Below, one piece after another: positions 1-13,599 of a stretch of 64,000 bases of DNA; the stretch's first letter is position 1; every line of letters starts with the position of its first letter. The translations under genes and the position numbers were made by a program. Origin of the DNA: the human T2T-CHM13v2.0 reference genome, Homo sapiens; the NCBI RefSeq assembly GCF_009914755.1, contig NC_060928.1; one strand, written 5' to 3'. The notes beneath the pieces are model-generated. The model did no database searches. It saw only the letters and a list, made by a program, of their open reading frames with translations, and was not told where the DNA came from.

Positions 1-849
1 ACACCACTAGTTCCTTGCATTCAATTATTTACCAATTAATTAATTAATTCAACAAGTATTTCATGAGTGTCTGCTATACGGCAAGCTCCATGCGAGTTCC
101 TGGGGAAGCATCATGAAAAAAAGAAAGGGTAGAGTTGGTAACAGGGATTGGGAGTGCATTTGGGAGAGAGGGCTGCAGATGCAAGTCAGGTGGTCAGAGT
201 GGGCTTCTCCAGGAGGGAACACTTAAGCCAGTATGGAAGGGGAGAAGGGTGGGAACTTGCGGTCTAGGAAAGCTTCCTCCACAGCTCTGGGGCTCAGGTC
301 TACAGCCTGCGGGGCATAGATACTCCTGAGTTTTCCGGTATAGAAACCTGCACCGCCTTCAGCTGTGCTGGGCACTGCCTGGGCCCTCCATTGGAGGCAG
401 GGCAGGGCAGGCAACGTGGCACCAGATAATGATGCCTCTGTGTCGCCCACACTGGCCGCACCAGCTGCAAGAGCCATCCGGTGGCTCCAAGTTAATTGCT
501 CCAGAGCACAAGGGGCTGTATAATTTGGATCAAAGGGCCCCTCTCTTGAAGTCTTAATTGTGGCACTTCACGCTGCCCTGGGGCGAGCTGAGCCACAGCA
601 GCACTGCCTCTGGGGTGGTGCCTCTGGTCTCAGCTTTGCCACTTGCCACTGTGTGTTGTCTACCTTTCCTGGCCTCAGTTTCTTTGCCTATAAAATGGAA
701 GTGAAAAGATCCTCCTTCCCACTACCCCCTACCGTAGGCGAGGATGAAGTCAGGAAGTTGGTATGCAAATAATGTCATAAATACGTCTTGAATCCTAAGT
801 CCTACCTACCCTGGACAAATTACTGTTCTTTGAACTCACCCTGGTTATT

Positions 850-1500
850 GATCCATCCATCCATTCATTCCGCATTGCCTGTGTGCCCATTTTGTGCTAG
901 GCATGGGTTCTGGGGTTGCAGAGGTGACCAAGACACCGTCACTGGCCTCTATGAGCTGACTGTCTGGAGAGGGGCAAGGGTTGAGTAGAGAACCACAGTC
1001 CTGCTGGGAACAGGGTCTTTGGGCTGGGCTTTGAAGCTCACACAGGAGTCTGCCCCTTTATGGGAGGACATCCCAGCGGAGGAAACTGCACATGCAGAGG
1101 CAAGGCATGATGCGGTGTGTCAGTGGGGAATGCTCACTGGACAATGGAGGCAAGGGCTTTACAGGCCAGCAGGGGAGTCTGGACTTGAGAGCCATAGAAG
1201 GGTTTTAAGCAAGGGAGAGATATGATCGGCTTTATGTGGGGGGAGGGATCTCTTGTAGCAATGTGCAGGCCAAAGAGTGAGAGGCTGGGGGCAAAGCGAT
1301 CAGGAAGGAGGCAGTTGCAATGGCTTAAATGGGACTTCATTCCTACACTCCGTGAATACTTTTTGAACACCTACTGTAAGCCAAGCACTGCGCAGGCTCT
1401 GGGAAAGTGTGAGACAACGTTTGCACTCTAATGGGGAAGAAGACAATAAACATAAATATGTCAGGAAGTGTCAGATGCTGACAAGAGCTCCAGAGAAAAC
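850..1500 (-). mobile_element. L2 LINE fragments (old)
   Basis: CATTCATTC and TTGAACACCTACTGT-type L2 3' end motifs. Confidence 0.5.
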
Positions 1501-1544
1501 TCAAGCAGACGTGAAAGGGTCCCTGGGGTAGGCAGGCCCTTAGC

Positions 1545-1890
1545 ATCCCTGCTCCGTGCCTTCTGCTTCCTCTTCCTGGACTTCAGGGGCTGGAAAGCTA
1601 AAAACTACATTTCCCAGACTTCCTTGCAGTTCTGGATCCAAGACAAATTAGGTTCCATCAAATAGATGCATCTGGAGCCCTGGAAGAACAAGCAGGGCGA
1701 GGCCTTCTTTCCAGCGCTTCACGCTCCTTTTTGTTGGCAGCCAGGGCACGTTTCTGCCGCAGTCAGCGTTCCAGTGGAGTGTGGTTCCTGCAGGTTCCTA
1801 GAGGGACAGTTTTAGCAGTGGTTGCAACCTTCTGATTTCCTCTCCCTGATCCCTGATTATAGCCATAGCTGTGGTCCTTTACTGTTGAGA
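1545..1890. mobile_element. ERVL LTR fragment (LTR33-like)
   Basis: CTACATTTCCCAGACTTCCTTGCAG signature. Confidence 0.45.
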
Positions 1891-4800
1891 TCTAACCTCC
1901 TATATAAAGTGTGCAAAAGTGAATTCTTGATTAGTTTGTTACATGTACACATACATCCATGTAACCACCCCATCGTCTAGCTATAAAGCATTTCCATCTG
2001 CCCAGTGCCGTGGGCCCCCTAAGCTCCGCAGTCGAAGTGGTGACCTTCTGGTTTCCCATCTTACCATGGTGGAAACCTTAGTAGCCACCCTGGCCAGTCA
2101 CTCCGAGGCGGTTCAGCCTCCAGCTCCTCTTTAGCCTTCCCAAGAGGTTTGCAAGCACCTCATCCCCTGTTAAGTCTCTGAGAAAACAGAAGGGGCCTTG
2201 GGAGTTGGTGTTGCCAGATGCAGCACACAGAGGTTTGGGATGATGCCTCCTAATATGCTGTGCGGTTCTGGGTAGGCAGGAGGTAGAGAGAGGGGATGGC
2301 GGCATTTGGTGGTACACAGAACAGAGGAGGTAGAACCAAGGCTGCTCCCTGTGCAGTTTCCTTGGCCAGAAATGCCCTCCCCACTACTGCATTGTGAGTA
2401 GGAGAGTGGGTGCCACCTTCAAAGCTCAGACGCCACAGCTTCCAGAGGTCTGCTCTGACCCACTAGGTAGATAGATCAGCACCTCTGCACCTGTGAATCT
2501 GGGCCAAGCAGTGCTTTGTTATATATAATTGTAATTGTGCCTTGTACACAATTCCATCTTTAGGACAGTGTGTCCTGGCAGGGACAAAGGGCAGGGATGC
2601 TGTTCTTCCTTTGTGTTCCATTGTTCACCACCGTACCTGGAGTATCAGTCATCTCATCTTGACCGTGAGTTACAGGTTCTCAGGGACTTCGTATCTTAGT
2701 TATCTGGGTCCCTGCGGACCAGCACAGGTCTCATCCTTCTCCATTGCTAGAGAGAATATCAGGAGCCATGTGGCCCAGGCAGGGGGCAGCCTCTGTTACC
2801 CAGAGCCATAGGCACTGCAGGGAAGCAGAATGAGGAGCAGGACCTCAGGGGGTCCATGTGGCCAGTGCTGCTGCCCAGGGCTGTATTCTACATGCTCCAG
2901 GCTTTCCTGTGCGTGGTCCAGGTATGGGGTTTCAGGAGGGCCAGGGCTGGGCTGGCATCGGCTTGGCCACTCAGTGGGTGCTCACTGACAGTGAGTGTTT
3001 AGCTTTATGTTCCTGGGGAATCAGATGGCCTCAGTTCAAATCCCAGCTCTGCTACCTGCCAGCTTCAGGGCCTTGTGTGAGTCTCTCAACCTTCTGTGTC
3101 TCCATTTTCTCATTTCTGAAAGAGGGACAGCTATTCATAGGGTTTGCCACAGGTCTGGTTCCTTGGGAAACAGATTCTGTGATTCACGTGCCCAAGATTT
3201 TAGTGGTGCATCTGAAGGAACAAGTGCAGCAGGGCTCAACAGCATGGCAGAGGTGACAAGAGTCAGGAGAGGCCGCTCTGCAAATGGAGCAGATCCAGCC
3301 CCTTGGGGTGGATTTGGGGCCACTCCTCCTTCCTGTCTTGGCCAACAGGACTCTTTAGTTAAAGGCAAATATGGCGGAGGACTCAGGAATAAGCCTCCGC
3401 CACCAACACGTACTGCAACACAGAGCTGTGTCCCTCCTGAACCATGTCATCTGCCATAGCCTTGCTGTGAGAATACAACAGTTACTGTTTTTCTGTGTTG
3501 GTGAGGCCAGCAGTCACAGCTCTTCTGGTGAGAAATGTTATTATATTTGTGGGGAGCGGCATTCAGGACAGCTCATGCAAACCCAGGCTAACCAGGCCTA
3601 CAGGTGAGGGAGGGGCAGGAGGCAGAGATCACGGGCGAAAACAATCTGTGCCCAAATTCTGGATGGGGCCTTAACTGCAAACGAAGAGCCCATCGGTTTG
3701 GTGTGTCCCAGGAGGCAATGCCAGGGAGAGAACCGGTGGCTGGAGTTGTCTTGGGTCTGTCCATGTTTCCCAAATAAAAAAGTTGTGCACCAAGCAATTC
3801 CCCATTTAAAAAAAAAAAAAAAACTTGATTTCCCTGTGGAACATAAACTGTAGCTTAGCATTTCTTGGCAGCCAGTGGTTTCCAGAATTTCATGCAGGTT
3901 AAAAATAAAAATGCAAAGCATTGTGATAATCCCTTCTGTTCTCGCGGCTCTTTCCACTTTGCCAAGTATTTTCCCAGCCATCTCGCCCCACAGATCCCCA
4001 CCACAATCTTTCCAGGCTGGGAGTTTTATTCCTAATGATAGATGAGAAAACTGAGGCACTCAAGGCCACAGAAAGGGAAGCAAGATCCCCCAGACTCAGG
4101 CCAGGCCCGTTTGGTTCCACATGGAGCAACCTTCTACTCGGCCACTTGTCTTCTTAATGTAGCAGGTGAGATCGGGAAAAATACTAAATATCACATCACT
4201 AACGTGTTCAAAGCCAACTGGTATTCCCAATAGGGTTGGAATTGATGTCCTCGTCCTTCCAGCTTAAACCTGGGGGACATTTTCCTGTCTATGTCTTACT
4301 TGGTGTTACCAGTCAGGGTCCAATGGGAAAGAGTATTTTCAAGTATTTAATAATGAGACTGTTTATAAGGGCTGGGTAGTATTTGCAAGGGGATGAGTGT
4401 GGAGCTCATCCTCAGCTACAGCCCCATTTGGGGGTCAGGGTCCAAGAACTCAGGGGACTGGGCCACCATCCTGGAGGAGGGAGAGAAGGGGGCCTGTGAG
4501 CTCAGTGAGGGAGACTGGATCCTCTTCCCACTGACCAAGACTGTGTGGCCTGCAAGATTGGACCCAAGGTCACAGGCTCATGGCAGCTGGGCTCAGGGCA
4601 GCTGGGTGTTGAACAAATGAAGGGCTTGCCAGGATTCAGGTCTCCAGAAATGGCAGCTCAGAAAAAGGTCTCTCCTCCAGGTGGAATCCAGCAGAGAATG
4701 TTACCTGGGGCCTGGGGCCATCACCCCCAGGCATTCGTGGAGGCCCCCGTCTGACCACCTCCTTGCAGAGCTGTTAGCCCATCTCACAGTCTGCTCCACC

Positions 4801-5257
4801 ACTTGCTAGCTGTAGCGGTGTCACCATGCACCTGTTACTCAATGACTTTGAGCCCCAGGCTCTAATATACAGCAATAGACTGGGTGCTTGAGGTTGTTAA
4901 TTTGTGAATGCAAGATATACCTAGAGTGTGCTCATAAAGTAATCTTCTGAGAAAGAAATGCCATGAAGGGAAATGGTGGCATGGTATCATGGAGCTGAGC
5001 CACACACAGATACAATATCATATAGTTCCTCTTGCTTCTTCCAGGAAGTCTCCCCAGACTGGTGCTACCCTCCGTCTGGAATGAGAATCTCCTTTGGGCT
5101 CCCACATTCTTCGTGCCTCTATCATAGCATGTATGAGTCCACATCTCTGGGTCCCTTATTGGCCATTCCTCAAAACTGTGAGCTCTTTGAGAACAGGAAC
5201 CTTGTCCTTTTCTCCCCTATAACCTCAGATCTAGCATATTTCCTGGCACATAGGAGG

Positions 5258-5613
5258 TGTTATAGACAATGTTTGTATGTCCTCAACATTCATCTGTTGA
5301 AATCTTGTCTCCATTGTGATGGCATTAGGAGATGGGGCCTTTGGGATTGGGACTTAAGGGTGGAACCCTTATGAATGGGATTAGTGCCCTTATAAAGGAG
5401 AACCCAGAGAGCTCCTTCCCTTTTCTGCCATGTGAGTTTACAGTAAGAAGAAAGGCCATCTATGAGCCAGGAAGTGGGCCCTCACCAGACAACAAACCTG
5501 CAGGCACCTTGATCTTGGACTTCCCAGCCCCCAGAACAGTAAAAAATAAATTTTTATTGCATAAGCTGCTCATGTTATGGTATTTTGTTATAGCAGCCCA
5601 AATTGACCAAGAC
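5258..5613 (+). mobile_element. MaLR solo LTR (MLT1A-like)
   Basis: Starts TGTTATAGAC, contains ATGAATGGGATTAGTGCCCTTATAA and CTTGGACTTCCCAGCC, ends CCAAGACA. Confidence 0.8.
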
Positions 5614-8600
5614 AGAAGGCCTATCCCTCATCAAATAGTTGTTAAATGAAGAATGAATAAATGAATGAATCAATGTATCCTTCAGCAATGCTGTGAGGCA
5701 GGTGGAATAGACAGTATTGATCCATCTTATAGAAAGGGAAACAGATTCTGAGAGTAGAAGTCACTCACCCAAGGACACAGCAGCAAGTCTGTAGTTGACC
5801 TTGCATTAGAAAGTTTCAAGGGTTTTGTAGGATGATAAATCCTGGTCTTGTCTTTTGTCTAGCTGTCTTCTAAGAGCACAGCCCTGACCCTAGAGAATTC
5901 CTCCTGTTCTGCAAAAAGCCAGTGGAGGCCCAGGGGCCTGAAATAGGCCAGGGGAGCAAGGAAGTGCTGTTTCTCACTCAGAAAATAATGGCACCCAAAT
6001 CCCTGTTCACCTTATTTAATGCTCCAAATTTTCTGAGAGGTCTAATTGAACATTCCTCCGTGGAACCCTCTGGGTGGAACAATTAACCGGCCTCTTAGCA
6101 GCGAGTAGCTCCCTGGGCAGGCCCCAGATTTATGTCTCCTGGGGAGGCAGCCTATTAGCTGTGGCCATAAATCTCGGGGCCCTGGCTGGCAAGGTGGATT
6201 TTAATAAAATCATAGGGGACGGAGCCAGGCTGGGGCAGCAGATTTCCGGGGGGAGAGCCAACATTTGCCTGTAATTAATCGGGACGACTTTGAGCTCTGG
6301 GGAAATGCCCAGGATTTTAATGAAAATTCAGGAGCTGGAAGCAGTGACCAGTTGGCATCCACATCAGTGTCCCAGCTGGGATTGGGGATGCAAGGAACCT
6401 GGGGGAGCTGGGGCCACCCCTGCCAAGAGGTCTTGACATGGGGTGTTATTCAGTGGACACTAGTACAATTATCCTGCTTAACTGTTAGAATACTTACATA
6501 CTAGTTGGTAAATTGTTTCCTCAGCCCCCTATGGGCCTCCCACTTTCTAGGCACCCTTGCACAGGAATCCCTGGGCTTCCTCATAATCCCAAAACAAAAG
6601 GGTAGATGCCTGGCCCAGCAAGGGGCTTCCTGATCCTTCAGTCTTCTTGGTCAGTGCTCAGGGCCTGAACTTGGCTGTCCTGTTAGCCAGGTCTGCACAT
6701 GTTAAGGTGCCCTAGGGGCCCACCCAGGTGACCCTCTTTTCATCTCTCTTCTCTCTACATTCTCCTGCCCATCTATATCTCCAGTTCATCCCCCTCTCTT
6801 GAGCTGCAGATTCATATCCTCAACCACTTCCTTGACATTTCCTCTGGAAATCACGGACATCACCTCTCCAACACATCCAAAACCAAACAGCTCCTCCCCA
6901 AACTTGTTCCTCCCTCCTGCCTGGGCCCTCCATCCTGATCTTAATAAACGCCACTACTTTTGCTTCATTTACTCTTTCAGGCCAAAATCTCAGGGGTATT
7001 CTTGGATGCCTCCCTCCATTTCCTCATCCCTCAACAAGTCTTGCCAGCTCTTCCCCCAAAGGTCATGTCACCCAGTTCCTTCCTGGTCCTAGCTGCCATT
7101 GGATGCTGCCTGGATGGCTGCCATCAACTCCTACTTTGTGTCCTTGCTTCCATTCTTGCCTCCCTGTCTTCTCATCCACACAGTGGCCCAGGAGAGCTCA
7201 AATGCCACTCCCGAGAGAGACTTCCCCAACCATGCCAGCATCGCGATAATGGGCGCTGAGGCTTCCTGAGCAACAGACCCTGTCCCAGGTGCTTCACATG
7301 CTCCTTGTTCAACCCTCTGGACAACCCTGTGACAGCATGTGCTATTGTCATCCCCATTTTTCAAATGAGATACAGAGATGTTAAATAATTTGCTTGAGGC
7401 CACACAAATGGTTGGTTTCAAAGTCTGTGCCTCCTGTTCCAAGGAGACCTCCCCGCCCCAGCCTCCTCCTGCCCCAGCTCTTGTCCCAAGTGTCCCCCGT
7501 CTGCTGTTTATTTCCCTTTAATCACACCTGTTTGCCATCTGACCCCCAAAGCCTGCGATCTCCTGGAAGTGGGACCTTCACTCTTGTTCACCAGCTCCTG
7601 GCACACAGTGGGTGAACCATAAAGATGTGTTAACTTGAACCCATTTTGTTGTCAGCGGATAGAAGGTGGGAAACTATTTTGGAAACCACGTAGTCCCCAC
7701 GTGTGTCCCAGATTGGCCAAAAGGTTTTTCCTCTTTGGGAAGGGATCAGCTGTCATGCTGTATGGAGCAAGTCCCCGGAATCCCACCCTGGGGCTAGACA
7801 TATTCTCTTGTTACTTTTTATTATGGGAGGCAGGGGAGAAAGATGCACGCTGTCAAGGATAAGACTGGGGATTTGCTGAAAGGGTAGATCCTGTGTTAAG
7901 TGTTCACATCACTCAAGGAAAAGGACAGAGGAAGGGAGGGAGGGAAAGAGAAAAAAGGAAGGAAGGGAGGGAGGTAAGGAAGAAAGGAAGAATGGAAAGA
8001 AGGAAGGAAGGAAAAGAGAGAGAAAGAAGGGAAAGAAGAGAGAGTGAAGAGAGGAAGTCAGAAAAGTTTGTAAGAGTGGGAAGGGACCTTAGAAATCATC
8101 TAATCATTACTTCATCTATATTGTAAATATCAGTGAACCTGAGACCCTGGCGAGTAAGTGACTTGCCCAGGGTCATGTAAGTTCCTGGTTAAACTAAAAC
8201 TACTTAGGAGCCAGCTCTCCTGTCTCAAAGTCCAGGGTACCCTGTATGTAGCAAAGAGTTCTTCTTATACTCAGACAACACTAAAACTCAACGTCTGGCT
8301 TTTTTCTCTATCCCTGGAGAGCTAGTTAAGTGTATCTGGATAAACCAGGCCATGTTCTGGGGAAGGTGTTTCAGAGAGAGGAAGATGAAAACTGTAATCA
8401 AGACTAGTCTAAAATCCATATAACATAGGCCACTGCCTGGATGGTGGAACTTCAGGATCATAGCAGAGCTTTTTCCTCTGACTGAAAACATCTCCATGAT
8501 GTTGTATCCTCACAATTCTTTATCCAGGACAAGGCTTTTTAGTCCACAAAATTTGATGTTTACTTGTAAATGCCCTTGGTAGGCAAAATATACCTGAAAA

Positions 8601-9273
8601 GTTGCACTGGGCTTAAATGCCTGTTACAAGGTGTCTTCTTGAGAACAGCTCATGATAGAAATAGTAGAGAGTCAGTTAGTCAGTTGAGAGATGGGGGTCA
8701 CAGGGAAGTAAGCAAAGAGTTCAGGATGAAAAATTAGAGGATGTAAGGCAAATGCCACAATTTTACAATTAAGAAGCCCTTGCTCTAATGTACACACCTA
8801 AAAATCAGTCACAAAGAGACAGCAGAAGGTGGTTACTCAACAGAAAAGCCTGAGGTTGAATGTACATGAAGTTTGAAGTGAACAATGAAGCAATGATCTA
8901 AACAATGCCAGGAAGACAAAAAAAATGATTTTTATAAAAACTTTAATTATCTAGACATTTTAGACAAATAAAATTGCTCATTGTTATTTAAAAGCAAAAA
9001 CAAGACAAAAGAATCACAACCAATAAATGACTCCTATTTGTTTAATAGCTTTGTTTATGGAGTATATGAAGCAGACCTAAATCCAGTATGCAGTGTACAG
9101 ATTCCAGACTTAAATCTCCAGAGGGCAGAGGAGACACCTCAAGCATCTGGGGTCTTCTGTGCCTGGGAATTGGGGGCACCAGGCAAGTGATCATGGCAAG
9201 CAAATCATTCCCTGCAGAGAAGAGCTTTTACTACAGTCTAACAGAAAATTATCCTAAGATTTCTTTTGTTGGT

Positions 9274-11290
9274 CTCTCACCACTCCTAGTCAACCAAGTA
9301 TTGGAAGTTCTAGCCAGGGTAGTCAGGGAAGAGAAAGAAATAAAGGGTATTCAAATAGGAAAAGAGGAAGTCAAATTGTCTCTGTTTGCAGACAACGTGA
9401 TTTTATACTTAGAAAACCCCATCATCTCAGCCCAAAAACTTCTTGAACTGATAAGCAATTTCAGCAACGTCTCAGGATACAAAATCAATGTGCAAAAATC
9501 ACAAGCATTCCTTTACACCAACAATAAGCACACAGAGAGCCAAATCATGAGTGAACTCCCATTCACAATCACTACAAATAGAACAGAATACCTAGGGATG
9601 GAGCTAACAAGGGATGTGAAGGACCTCTTCAAGGAGAACTACAAACCACTACTCAAAGATATAAAAGAGAACACACAAACAAATGGAAAAACATTCCATC
9701 CTCATGGATAGGAAGAATCACTACTGTGAAAATGGCCATACTGCCCAAAGTAATTTATAGATTCAATGTTATTCCCATCAAACTACCATTGACGTTCTTC
9801 ACAGAATTAGAAAAAACTATTTTAAATTTCATATGGAATCAAAGAAGACCTCATACAGCCAAGACAATCCTAAGCAAAAAGGAGAAAGCTGGAGGCATCA
9901 CACTACCTGACTTCAAACTATATTTGATACCAGCATAGTACTGGTATCAAAACAGACATATAGACCAATGGAGCAGAACAGAAACCTCAGAAATAACTCC
10001 ACACATCTACAACCATCTGATCTTCGACAAATTTGACAAAAGCAAGCAATGAGGAAAGGATTTCCTGTTCAGTAAATGGTGCTGGGAAAAGTGGTAAGCC
10101 AGGTGCAGAAAACTGAAACTGGACCCCTTCCTTACCCCTTATACAAAAATTAACTCAAGATGAATTAAAGACTTAAATGTTAAACCCCAAACCATTAAAA
10201 CCCTAGAAGAAAACCTAGGCAACACTATTCAGTATTGAATAGGCATGGGCAAAGGCTTCATGGTGAAAATGACAAAAGCAATTGCAACAAAAGCCAAAAT
10301 TGACAAATGGGATTTAACTAAACTAAAAACCTTCTGCACAGCAAAGGAAACTATCATCAGAGTGAACAGGCAACCTACAGAATGGGAGAAAATTTTTGCA
10401 ATCTACCCATCTGATAAAGGTCTAATATCCAGAATTTACAAGAAACTTAGAGAAATTTACAGGAAAAAAACAACCACATCAAAAGTGGGCAAAGGGTATG
10501 GACAGACACTTCTCAAAAGAAGACATTTACATGGCCAAAAAACATGAAAAAAAGCTCAACATCATTGATTATTAGAGAAATGCAAGTCAAAACCACAATG
10601 AGATACCATCTCATGCCAGTCAGAATGACGATTATTAAAAAGTCAGGAAACAATAGATGCTGGTGAGGCTGTGGAGAAATAGAAATGCTTTTACACTGTT
10701 ACTGGGAATGTAAACTAGTTCAACCATTGTGGAAGACAGTGTGGCAATTCCTCAAGGACCTAGAACCAGAAATACCATTTGAACTAGCAATGTAATTACT
10801 GGGTATATACCCAAAGGAATTTAAATCATTCTACTATAAAGACACATGCACATGTATATTTATTGCAGCACTATTTACAATAGTAAAGTCATGGAACCAA
10901 CTCAAATCCCCATCAATGATAGACTGGATAAAGAAAATGTTGTACATATACACCATGGAATACTATGCAGCCATAAAAAGAATGAGATCATGTCCTTTGC
11001 AGGGTCATGGATGAAGCTGGAAGCCATCATCCTCAGCAAACTAACACAGGAACAGAAAACCAAACACCACAAGTTCTCACTCATAAGTGGGAGTTGGACA
11101 TTGAGAACACGTGGACACAGGGAAACAACACCTACCAGAGCCTATGGAGGGGTGGGGGTGAGGAGAAGGAACTTAGAAGATGGGTCAATAGGTGCAGCAA
11201 ACCACCATGGCACACATATACCTATGTAAAAAACCTGCACGTTCTGCACATGTATCCTGTTTTTGTTTTTTAGAAGAAATAAAGGGGAAA
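9274..11290 (+). mobile_element. 5'-truncated, inactive L1PA element (L1PA8A-like): ORF2 RT/C-terminal remnant and 3'UTR
   Basis: ORF fragments match L1 ORF2 ([47 protein letters not shown]) with frameshifts and stops. Degenerate TSD AAGATTTCTTTTGTTGG / AATATCTCTTGTTGG. Confidence 0.92.
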
Positions 11291-11874
11291 AATATCTCTT
11301 GTTGGGCCCCTGAGTTGCAAGACTGACAGTCCCTAGAGATGAGCTGGAAGGATTTGCCTTTCCATCCGTGCTAACCCTCTGACCTCGGTTTCTTTATCTA
11401 TAAAATGGGAGCAAAGTTCCCTACCTCCAGGCTTAATTGTAAAGATAAAATGTTTGAGGAGTAGATGTTTCATCTGTCTGTCCAGGGGGTACAGAGGTGG
11501 AGCACACTGATGTTGGTCCATCTTGCTTGGAAACAGAGGGTCTGACAGGTAACAGTTCTTTCAACTTGGAGACAGAGAAATATGCCTTTTATGTCCGTGT
11601 ATGGAGTCTAAAAAAGGCAATTAAACCTGAGCAGTTGGGAACGTTCAGATATCTCTAAGCCAAAGAACAGCAGGGATTTGGGTAGGGTGGCTGGTATGAG
11701 TGGACAATCATTTTCAAAGCAATTCTGAATTCCTCTGGGTTCCGAAAGACCCTGCCCATGCTCAGGGACCTGACAGATCATCTAAAGTAGTCAGATACTC
11801 TCAGCTCTGCCTATGAAGAAACTGAAGCCCAAATAGGGTGAGCAGTTTTCCTGAGGCCATCTGGGCAAGCCAAA

Positions 11875-12658
11875 GTATATTTGTGCAATTGTGTTGCTAT
11901 AAAGAAATACCTGAGACTGGGCAATTTATAAAGAAAAGAGATTTATTTGGTTCACAGTTCTGCATGCTGTAAATGAAGCATAGTGCCTCAGCATCTGCTT
12001 CTGGTGAGGGGCTCAATAAGCTTCCAACCATGGCACAAGATGAAGGGGAGCCAGTGTGTCACATGGCAAGAGAGTGAGCAAGAGAGAGATGCCAGGCTCT
12101 TTTAAACAACCATCTCTCACATGAACTAATAGAGTGAGAACTCATTACCATGGTCATATGGTTTGACTCTGTGTCCCCACCCAAATCTCATCTTGAATTG
12201 TAGTTCCCATAATTGCCATGTGTTGTGAGAGGGATCTGGTGGGAGGTAATTGAATCATAGGGTCAGTTACCCTCATGCTGCTCTCATGATAGTGATTGAG
12301 TTCTCATGAGACCTGATGGTTTTATAAGGGGTTTTCCCCCTTTTGCTTGACACTTCTTCTTGCTACTGCCATGCAAAGAAGGACATGTTTGCTTCCTCTT
12401 CTGCCATGATTGTAAGTTTCCTGAGGCCTCCCTAGCCATGCAAAACTGTGAGTCAATTAAACCTCTTTCCTTTATAAATTACCCAGTCTCAGGTATGTCT
12501 TTCTTAGCAGTATGAGAATGGACTAATACACACAGGGAAGGCATTTCATGAGAGATCCACCTCCATGACTGGAACACCTCCCACCAGGCCCTGCCTCCAA
12601 CACTGGGTATTACACTTCAACATGAGATTTGGAGGGAACAAATATCCAAACCGTATCA
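11875..12658 (-). mobile_element. MST-family (MSTB-like) solo LTR interrupted by a THE1 LTR
   Basis: GAAATACCTGAGACTGGGCAATTTATAAAGAAAAGAG near the start; AAACCGTATCA at the end. Confidence 0.8.
12154..12530 (+). mobile_element. THE1 (THE1D-like) solo LTR nested in the MST LTR
   Basis: TCATATGGTTTGACTCTGTGTCCCCACCCAAATCTC ... GGACTAATACA; 5-bp TSD CATGG/CACAG. Confidence 0.85.
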
Positions 12659-13599
12659 CCAAGTATCCTGGAATTGCCAGGGGCATAACCCTGCCGTGGG
12701 GTGTGGTTATAAATCAACTCTTACTTTGGATTTATCTTTGAGGCTTCCTCTGATCCCTAGTGTTGAAGTTTAAATGTCACTTCTCAAAGAAACATCACTG
12801 GCCTCTCCCAAGGGAACCCTTTCTACTGTCCTCTAGTGATGCCTTGCACACTTTCTGGAGGCTCCTCCATTAAAATCTACTTTGCCCATGAAACATCAGC
12901 CTCCTCTCTCTTGGTGCTCACCTCTGGTCATGGGGACCTTCCAGAGTGTTGCTGAGCAAACGAATGCATGAATGTCATTGTTACACACCATATAACCAGA
13001 AGTAGAATTGGACCAAGTAGGTTCTTTAATGCTATGTTTAGCCCACCCTGGATGTGACACTCTTGTCTCTTGGTGTTCCTTCTCTTGAATTCCTGTGGAC
13101 ATGCCTGGCTCCTGCGCATCATTCTGAGAGCTGGACCTTGTCTGACTCACCAGTTTCTCCTGAAACCCCTGGCATAGTTTCCTGCATATAGTAGGTGCTC
13201 ATGGAACAGTGGGTGCAAAATGGTGGGGTTTGAAGAAGACCTAGTTTTAAATCTTGACCTCTATAAGTCTCTTATAAAGACTTGACCTCCCCCACAGGTG
13301 GATCTGGATATTCCCTTATTCACACCCCACTGACCTGTGCCTCCATTTGTTTGTGTGTCTGTGTCCCATGTCTGCTTAATCATTGTGTCTCTAGGTCTCA
13401 GCACAGGCTGGACATATGAGTGGGCCTTGGGTAGTCTTTCGAAGATCTAAAGGACAGAGAGAAAAGCCCAGGAGTTGGTGTTCCATTCGATACACCCCTA
13501 GGTCAAACAGTTTCATTAAAAAGTAGTGACACCTCACCGACTCCGAAGTTTGCCAACTTAGCTCCCTGCTGGAGTCTTTTTCCTCCGCAAACCCAACAG

